A stretch of 64,000 nt of DNA from Felis catus. Its lineage: Eukaryota. Shown piece after piece: positions 55,556 through 64,000 of the stretch. Position numbers and translations under genes: made by a program. Under the pieces are notes generated by a model. The model made no database searches. It was not told the origin of the DNA and worked only from the letters and a program-made list of their open reading frames with translations. Location: positions 124,312,001 through 124,376,000 of the forward strand of contig NC_058368.1 of NCBI RefSeq assembly GCF_018350175.1, written 5' to 3'. Positions within the stretch are counted from its first letter, which is position 1. Each line of letters opens with the position of its first letter.

Positions 55556-58500
55556 CCAGATACATATTTTAAAATTGTATCAATTTTCACCTAAAAACTG
55601 GAAGGATAGGCATTCTTGTAATCATCTATTTCCCTCCTTTTTCATGGTTAAAAACCCTGAAAGTGTTCTGGAGGTATCACAAATTGTCTACCTAACCTTA
55701 AGTGCCTACCTCTTTAATAGTGGCACTTGTGTTTCTTTGAATCTCAGACATATGACAGGCCAGTAGAAATGTTTGGGATTAGAGGACCTTCCTCAGAATT
55801 TCTCAGATTTACATAAATGTAGGCCCCTTTTCTAGTTCTGTCCTTGAGTTATTATGGAGGAGTTTCTTGGGAAAGCCATTGCCTGCATCAGTTACTGGCT
55901 TATTTTATTGAAATTTACCTAGAGGTCAGCTTGACACTTGTTCTGCTTAAGCTGTGACCGTTTTGTGCAAGAGTTGGGTCAATGTGAAAATAGATTAGGT
56001 ATTGCAGTTTCAAGAGTCTAAAGAATGGTCTTGAGAGGCTTTCTTCAGTTCATTCTATCCTGATTATGCTTGGGTGGATCACCCACTCTAGAATCACCAT
56101 GAAGTCTAGATCCAACAGAGGATTTTGTAGATCTTTCTTAAACTGTTCCTTGCAGTGGAATTGATTGCCTGTGAGGAATTGAAGTTTAATCACTCATCCA
56201 TTTACTCAACATCTACCCTTAGGCTAGTGAAATTGCTGGGACAAAGGTTGTAGAGTCTCTGTGTTTAAGAAAGACACACCCTAGTGGGAATACAAATGTG
56301 CAATTGACAACAGAAATATACCAGTGCTATGGCAAGATGAAGAATCACTTAAATGAATAGTTTCTTGGGCATTCTCCTAATTCAGATCCCTCTCTCCTCC
56401 TGCAGGATTATTCTGGGTGTTTTAGGGATAGTAGAGAAATTGCATTTTGGGAGCTGCCTGGAATGACTTATCCATAAGGTGGTGAGGCCTTTGTAATTTT
56501 AGGAAGGATGCCAGGCCTACACTGTATCCTGATGGCTCCATGTGACAATGTTGCCACCCACTGGTGATGAAGAGTCTCTGTGGGCCTTGACCTGGTCCCT
56601 GAACTAGAATGGTGTCAGTCCTGCTGGACAGAATTAAAAGTCAGTGTGGAAGTCTTTGGAAGTACAGAAACAAGTTTAAAATCATTGATACATGGAATTG
56701 AAACAAAAGTAGTTTCATCCGACTCATTATATATGTCATGTGACACACTGCATACTTACTTGGAGGCAACATAGAAAAACCATAAGGTCATAGACCCAAC
56801 CTCCAGAGTTTGAACCCTAGCACTGCCACTTACCTGCTGGCTGTGTGACCTTGGGTGCAGTGCTAAACCTCTCTATTCATATTCTTCATTTGTCAAATGC
56901 GTGAGACTAGTAATTACCTGGTAAGGCTGTCTGGAGAGCTAAATAAGTTAATCCATGTAAGGTGCTTATAGCAATGCCTGCACAGAGTAAGCACTGAAAC
57001 CATGTCAATTATTATTAATATTACTTCTTTAGTGTAGATAGTACTCTCTGTCTTCTATGTCCTTAATGACACCCTTTGCATTGCTGGGCAGGCTACAGAG
57101 ATCTTGTGAGCTGAAACATTTTGGTATTTCTCCTGTTTTTTCCTCCAGTCCCTCAGGGTGTATTGGCTGAAGCTTTAAGAGTGTTTTATAAAGTACCAGT
57201 CATATGAAAGGAGGAAAAAGTATCTCTCTAACATTTTAAAGAGAAAAATAGCTCCAAATTTTCTGCATATGCCAGCTGAGAGAACAAGTACTCAAAGCAA
57301 CTTTCATGCCCTGGGAGTAGAAAAGGAGATTTTATTTTGTGGGGAGGAAGTCTTGCAACAATATTATCTCCAGGGTAAATATCTGGCCACCATCAGACCT
57401 TTCTTAATAACTAGATTTGTGATGTAGCACATGTTGTGTTTCTTTGAATCTCAGCTGCACTGTGTTCCTCGGGGTGCTTCTTCTGACCTGTGAATGTCAT
57501 TCCACAGTTGGCATCTCTATTGAACCTGGGGTGGTGGTGAGGTGGGGTCTGGGGGCACTGGAAAATGGAATTTACTATTTTAAGAAGCATGTCTGTGTTG
57601 AACTTCAATAGTGATGCCTCTCTAGAATGTATTTTCATAGAATGAACTTTCATTTTAATAATATTAATTCTTAAGAAGAACTGAATTTTCAAAGCATAGG
57701 GCTTTGAATATCCGTTCAATGAATGGATTGATTGAGTGATTTAGCACGCATTTTCAATGGGGTTTCTCAGCCTTTGGAGTCTTGTGGACATCTTGATGTT
57801 AAAATACTGTGTCAGTAAGTTCTCTGGCAATTAGGCAGGTATAAATTTTAAATGAATTTTATGAAGGACTGTGCTAGCTTAGTTGGCCTTTGGAAATTGC
57901 AAAGGAAGCCAAGTGTTGTTATTCAACCACCCTTCCTTCAATACCCCTAACTCTTTTGTAGATCAAATACATCCCTCAACCTATCTTTTTCACTTTCCAA
58001 AAATGGGAGGTGTATACATCAAGTATTTGTCATTTTACCTGGGGACTCTGGGAGGTGAGGAATTGGTGAAAAGTCAGAGTTTGTTAGCTGAGGGAAGACA
58101 TGAGCACCATTTTCAAATACTGGAAAACTGGAAGAGGATTTAGATTTGTTTTCTGTAGATGCACAGGGAGAACTAGTGGTGGGTAGTTTCTGGTGAGTAG
58201 AAATTGACCTAATTGAGACTTCAAATAACTAGAGCTATTCAAAACTAGAAGAGCTTATCTTGCGAGCTAGTGTGCTTCTCATCACTACCCAAGTTTAAGT
58301 GGGTTCTGACCAACAAAGCTTGGGATGCTGTTAATTAGATACCTGTGCTGAATAGAATGTTGGCCGCTAAGGTTCCTTTCATGATTGAGGTTCTACATGT
58401 CTTTCTCACCTCTGTGGAGAACCAAATAACAAATCACCTACTGTTGATGAATAATGACTATTGGGCTGGAAGGGGTTTGGAGAAGGAGGTCTTCCTTGGG

Positions 58501-59173
58501 TCCTCTAAAAGACATTTTTCAAGTGGCCCTCTACTGTAGCCTTGCTCTAGTGCCTTGATTTCCTGAAAACAGTTTAAGAAAACAAATTTAGTTTGTCTGT
58601 TCCAGCGTTAGAGATTGAACAAGTCTGTCACTCTGTAGTCCCTTTGCTTTGCATTGTTCCTGAAGCCTTGTTGCAGACACATTCTGTCAGCTGGTCTTCC
58701 ATGGATGTCCTTGTTGTCTTGACTTCTCTTTCTCCCTCTTTATCAATAGTTAATTCAGATTGGACATGATCTCTTACTTATTTAAATTTTCTTTAAATTT
58801 GAACTGACCCTGAAAATTTCTACACTTGCTTTCTGTCCACAGTCACAAATTGACAATAAGTTCCTGAATGGCTGTCTCCATGTGTTTTTAAAGATGTCTG
58901 TTCCTGCCATGGTTTCGTTGTTGTGTAATAAAAGGCAGAGCATGAAGCCAAACCTAGTGAATAATCACTCTTTATATGTCTGTACTAGAATTTTGGTAGT
59001 ATAGTTTTGCCTTTATTACAGGAGAAAAAAAATCTCTAACATTAGATAGTAGAAGCTAGAGTAGTGTTGGATGTATTGTAGATACTTGATAATTATGTGT
59101 TTATATGATTGCATCAGCATATTCTTTTCCATTTGGCAAGTTGAACAGAGTGCATATAATAACTGAAGTCTCA

Positions 59174-59397
59174 GGCGCCTGGGTGGCTCAGTCGGTTGAG
59201 CGTCCGACTTTGGCTCAGGTCACGATCTCGCGGTCCGTGAGTTTGAGCCCCGCGTCGGGCTCTGGGCTGATGGCTCAGAGCCTGGAGCCTGCTTCTGATT
59301 CTGTGTCTGGCTCTCTCTCTGCCCCTCCCCCATTCATGCTCTGTCTCTCTCTGTCTCAAAAATAAATAAACGTTAAAAAAAATTTATAAAAAAAAAG
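59174..59397 (+). mobile_element. SINEC_Fc-type SINE
   Basis: Full body with perfect TSD aactgaagtctca at 59161-59173 and 59398-59410. Confidence 0.95.
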
Positions 59398-61356
59398 AAC
59401 TGAAGTCTCATTTTTCATAATCCTTGGGAAAAGAGTGATGAAAAGTAGTGAAAGGAGTCTTCTCCTTTAAATAATTTTGTAAGGCTTATCACTAGGATTT
59501 TAAGTGGAGTTAAATGAACAGCTTCTGTCAACTATCAAATATAGATGTATGGTTAAAGTAAGGCTGGTTTATACTGTATTATCAGAACTTTATACATTTA
59601 ATATTATGAGATCTAAAACAGTGGCAACAGAAATGACTTCTCAGTAACTAAGAGATGTGAATTCTCACTTAAATCTGAATCTCATAAAGAATCCTCTTTT
59701 TGAACAATGAGCATATTATCCAAGTGTGTTACTGTGAACCTATTTGGGTTCAGCTGCCTATTTTGTGAAATTAGAGGGTGACTATATCCTTGGATCTCAA
59801 CACTGGCTAAACATTAGAGTCACCTTGGGAGCTTAAAAAAAAAACAACTGATGTTCAAATGCTATCCCCAGATATTTTGATTCAATTGATCTATCATTTT
59901 ATGTTATTTTATTTATAATATTCTCTTGCTTTATAAAAACTACAAAATACAGATGAAAAGAAGAAAATACATCCTCAAAGATAATCACCATTAAGATGTT
60001 GATGTGTTGTATGTAGTTAACTTATGTGACGCAATGGGCTTCCTTCCCACCTCTTCCTTCCTGGAACCTCTGTTCCTCTACCTGCCTGTATGATGTAATG
60101 AGGGGGTATGGAGAAATGCTAGCAAGAGCAGAAGCCTGTGAGCCTGAAGGATCTGGTTGCTTCAGAATGAGAAACTGTGAGAGCCTCTGCCCTTTCCATC
60201 TTCTCCTTCAAAAGCTCCCCATTCTGCACTCAAAATGGGTATGACTGAAAATGAGTGGTAACCCAACTCACAGGCTATATAAATGAGAGGGCAGACTCCT
60301 GAGGAGCAAGCAAAGGGGATAAAACATCCAAAAAGTTGTGAGGCCAGGAGGCAAAAAAAAAAAAAAACCCAGGAGGGACAAAGTCCTAGAAGGTGCTATA
60401 GCATCCTGAGGTACTAAGCCTCAGGGATAAGGACAGTGACTTCATGCCTGTGGCTGCTGGTGGGACAGGACTAGCTGGCCAAGCTAGCCATACAACTCTT
60501 TAATCTCTCACACTGTGATCTTTCCACGGTTGGAATACAATGATAGAACCTGAAAAAAAATGACTAAAAGATCTTCTAAGACAGTGTGAGTTTGGCTAAC
60601 AATAAGGGCATTTTGTTACTTATTTACTATGTGAATCTCTGTCTCCCCTTCCCCACCCCAATTCCCCTTCCGCAATAAGGCACCAGGTCAAGGGTCTATT
60701 TTAAGAGGTCTGTATTAAGAGTATCTAACAACTGGTTTATCAGAGCCTCCATCAGAATGGAAGCAGGCCTAATAGCTGGAGTGGGATCTATAACTTTTTA
60801 GCTGCTAAATTGTGGGTAATGTGTTTGTGTTCCTAGGGAATGATTGGTACAGAAGGATGGATGGTCCCTATTGATCACAGGGCACAGAGGTATTTTAATA
60901 TTGTAACAAAATCAATGACTAACAGTTCTGAGCATAGTCCTGCACTTACACATATCTATTTATTCATTATTAAATGAGATTACGCTATACACGTAATTTT
61001 TATTTTTGCCCCTTTTCATTTAATATTTGATCATAAATGTTTTCCCATGTCCTAAGGTAAGATTTTAAAATGTTATTTATAAAATCTGGCATAAATCCCA
61101 TTGACTGAACTTAGCCATAATTGATTTGATCCTTTTATTATCATAGGACATTTAAATTTTTTCTTTTTGGAGAATCGAAGGTTCTGTAGCTATTCCAAAC
61201 AATGCCATAATATTCTTGCATATATATCTTTTTCCACGTCTTTGATTATTTGCTGTGGACATATTCCTAGAAGTGAACATGGGAGTCAAATCATTGACTC
61301 TTTGTTAAATTGGCCTCCCCAAGCAGGCTTTGACAGCACACCACTTCATCTTTCTT

Positions 61357-61640
61357 TTTAAAAAATTTTCTTTTAACGTTTATTTATTTTTTGAGACAGA
61401 GAGAGACAGAGCATGAACGAGGGAGGGGCAGAGAGAGAGGGAGACACAGAATCAGAAGCAGGCTCCAGGCTCTGAGCCATCAGCCCAGAGCCCGACGCGG
61501 GGCTCGAACTCACGGACTGCGAGATCCTGACCTGAGCAGAATTTGGACGCTCAACCGACTGAGCCACCCAGGTGCCTGAGACTTCGGTTATTATATGCAC
61601 TGAAGTCAGACGCTTAACCAACTGAGCCACCCAGGCGCCC
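61357..61640 (-). mobile_element. Chimeric double-headed SINEC
   Basis: A 39-nt SINE head, then 25 nt of non-SINE sequence, then a full SINE. The whole unit is flanked by TSD cacttcatctttctt. Confidence 0.92.
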
Positions 61641-63256
61641 CACTTCATCTTTCTTAATGATAGTGTACATTATTATTTTAAAAAAATGAATGTTGATGTG
61701 AAAGATGGAAAATAATATATAATTTTCAATGGCCATTATTTATTCTTCCTGAGAGGAAGTTTTTTCATATGTTTATGGCCATCTTATCATTTAATGGTGT
61801 CCTTATATCTTATTATTTCAAGGCATTTATCTTTATCTAATTAATTTGCAATACTTTTATATACAGTAAGTACACTAGCTTTTCACCTGTTACCTAGGCT
61901 TCAGTTATTTCCCCTGTTTGCCGCTTAAGTTCCCAGGTGCTTTGTTGGTTCTTGAAAAATACATCTTCAAAATTCATGGACATTGCATTTTAAAAATTTA
62001 TTTCATTGCTTTTATGATTAGAGAGGTCAGAAGTTGTGGGACCTTAGATTTATAAGCATGTTAACAGTTAACACTTAACTATAATTAATATAGAATTTCT
62101 AAACTTTATTTTTGGATACTACAATGTTTTCCCAAAGAGTCAATTATTGGATAATTTTCTGTTTCCTTCGTAATTTGTAATGGCAACCTTATCATATACT
62201 AAATCATTATTAACTCCTTACAGGAGGCTCTTCCTACCTTCTGTTCACTGAAACTGTGGCTTGGAAAGCAGAACCCTAGAACTGCCCTCTCTGCAGTGGT
62301 GCACACATGAACTTGGGGAGATAGCCAAAGTGCACCTCAGGCACATTCCAAAGAGTCCTGTGGTCAGTCTGCAGTCAAGGTTCTTAGCTTTTTTATGTTT
62401 CTAGCAGAGTTTTGAATTCTAGAATTTTTGGTAGCTTATTCGGAGGAACTGAAAAGCTCAGAACAACCCTAGAGTTAGTGAAAACTATTATACGACCACT
62501 TCTACAGCACAACAATGTCTCCAGTCACTATGATACTATCCACTGTTATTGTGCTCTTCATGTCTCTGTCACCCTGTGAAGAACAATCATAATGATAGTT
62601 AACAGTAACATTATGCTTATTCACCAGGCACTGCACTAAACCCTTTCTGTAAATCAACTCATTTAATTTTCACCTTATGAACTAGGTACTACAAATTATT
62701 CCCATTTACAGATGGGGAAACCGAGGCTTAGGGCAGGAAAGTGACTTACCCAAAGGCACCTAGGTAGCTGGTGAAACTCAGAAAAGGCTGCAGGCTATCA
62801 GGCCTCAGATTCCACCCTGTGACCCATGTGGACTATATATATAACTGCCCTTTCACTCAGGAGGCAGAGCTCTCACATATTCCAGTGAACTTGTGACCTT
62901 TCTCTTATGCTGGATGGTCATTCCACATTCCATTCTTTCTAACAGAGCCTGCGCCTGGCTCTCCACTCTGCTGCACAAGCTGTGTGCCTCAGCATTGTGC
63001 CTGACAGATGCCACCATTCTGCAGTTTATACTCATTTGTAGCAAAAGTACAATTTACACATTTGCTGAAAATTGGAAATGTTATCTATGAAGAGCTGTTT
63101 GTACACCAGGGAGACAATTAAAGTTAGCGGTAATAGTATAAAGATTCTAAAGTGAGGTTGACTGAATTCTTTTAATATATTAAGATAAATATGACAAAAG
63201 AACAAATAATTCTCATACTGATGCACAGAAAAGTGATTGAAAGTTTTCTAATCGCT

Positions 63257-63375
63257 TTTCTTTTTTAGCAACATTTATTTTTTAAGTAGTCTCTACACTC
63301 AATGTGGGGCTCGAATTTACAAACCCAAGATCAAGAGTTGGATGCTCTATCAACTGGACCAGTCAGGCACCCCCC
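63257..63375 (-). mobile_element. Short old carnivore SINE within L1-like sequence
   Basis: ctctacactcaatgtggggctcgaa...agatcaagagttggatgctc...caggcacccc. Confidence 0.75.
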
Positions 63376-63412
63376 TGATTTATTTTTTAAGGCCAGCATA
63401 AACTGCTAAAAC

Positions 63413-63427
63413 ACACAGACACACACA

Positions 63428-63460
<33 letters not shown>
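63413..63460. repeat. (CA)n / (CACACAGA)n microsatellite
   Basis: Read directly from the sequence. Confidence 0.92.
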
Positions 63461-63464
<4 letters not shown>

Positions 63465-64000
63465 GCACCTACAGAATAATTTAATTTGTGAGTACAAAAT
63501 TCTAGGTTTTAAATTCTACCAAATCAAATTCAATTGGATATTTAAAGAATAATACATCATAATCAAACAGTTTATCATTTATAAAGATGTTTTGATTTTT
63601 GTTATCAATTGGCAAAATATATCACACCATTAGAACAAAGGGGAAATACATGATAATGCAAGTAAAGAATAGACAAGCATTTAATAAAATTTGATATATT
63701 TGTTACTTAAAAAATGCTTAATATCTAAGAGTAAAAGTTTACATTCTAAATTAAGTACATTTATTTCTAATCAACTCCAAACACCATATATAATAGCAAA
63801 ACAATAGAGAAAGAAAGAAGACAAATTTTACCTAATGAAGTAAGTATGAAACAAAAAAAAAGATACAATAATCACAAAGGGAGAGCAAAATTATCATAAT
63901 TTTAATAACAGCTAACTTTTACAGATGACTAATGTTCCATATACTGTTCTAAGACTTTCTTTTTTTTTTTAATTTTTAATGTTTATTTAATTTTGAGAGA

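Overview
Mammalian genomic DNA, most likely felid (abundant SINEC_Fc-type carnivore tRNA-derived SINEs and carnivore L1s). The whole window lies inside the ankyrin-repeat gene ANKRD55 on the minus strand. Six internal coding exons can be read with GT-AG boundaries and consistent phases: 47889-48011, 37552-37682, 33298-33407, 23712-23772, 12060-12188 and 27-211, totalling 739 nt. By my recollection of the human gene these are exons 3-8; the start and stop exons lie outside the window. The rest is intron filled with SINEs, a near full-length carnivore L1 nested in an older L1, solo LTRs, DNA-transposon fossils and microsatellites. I found no evidence of a novel multi-gene system. The most unusual sequence-level signals are three short-range copy events (a chimeric SINE carrying a neighbour's unique flank, a ~175-bp copy inside an L2-like fossil, and a copy inside an L1) and two adjacent inverted repeats in intron 6, one shaped like a pre-miRNA. 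Repeat family names come from recalled consensus sequences, not from a database search.
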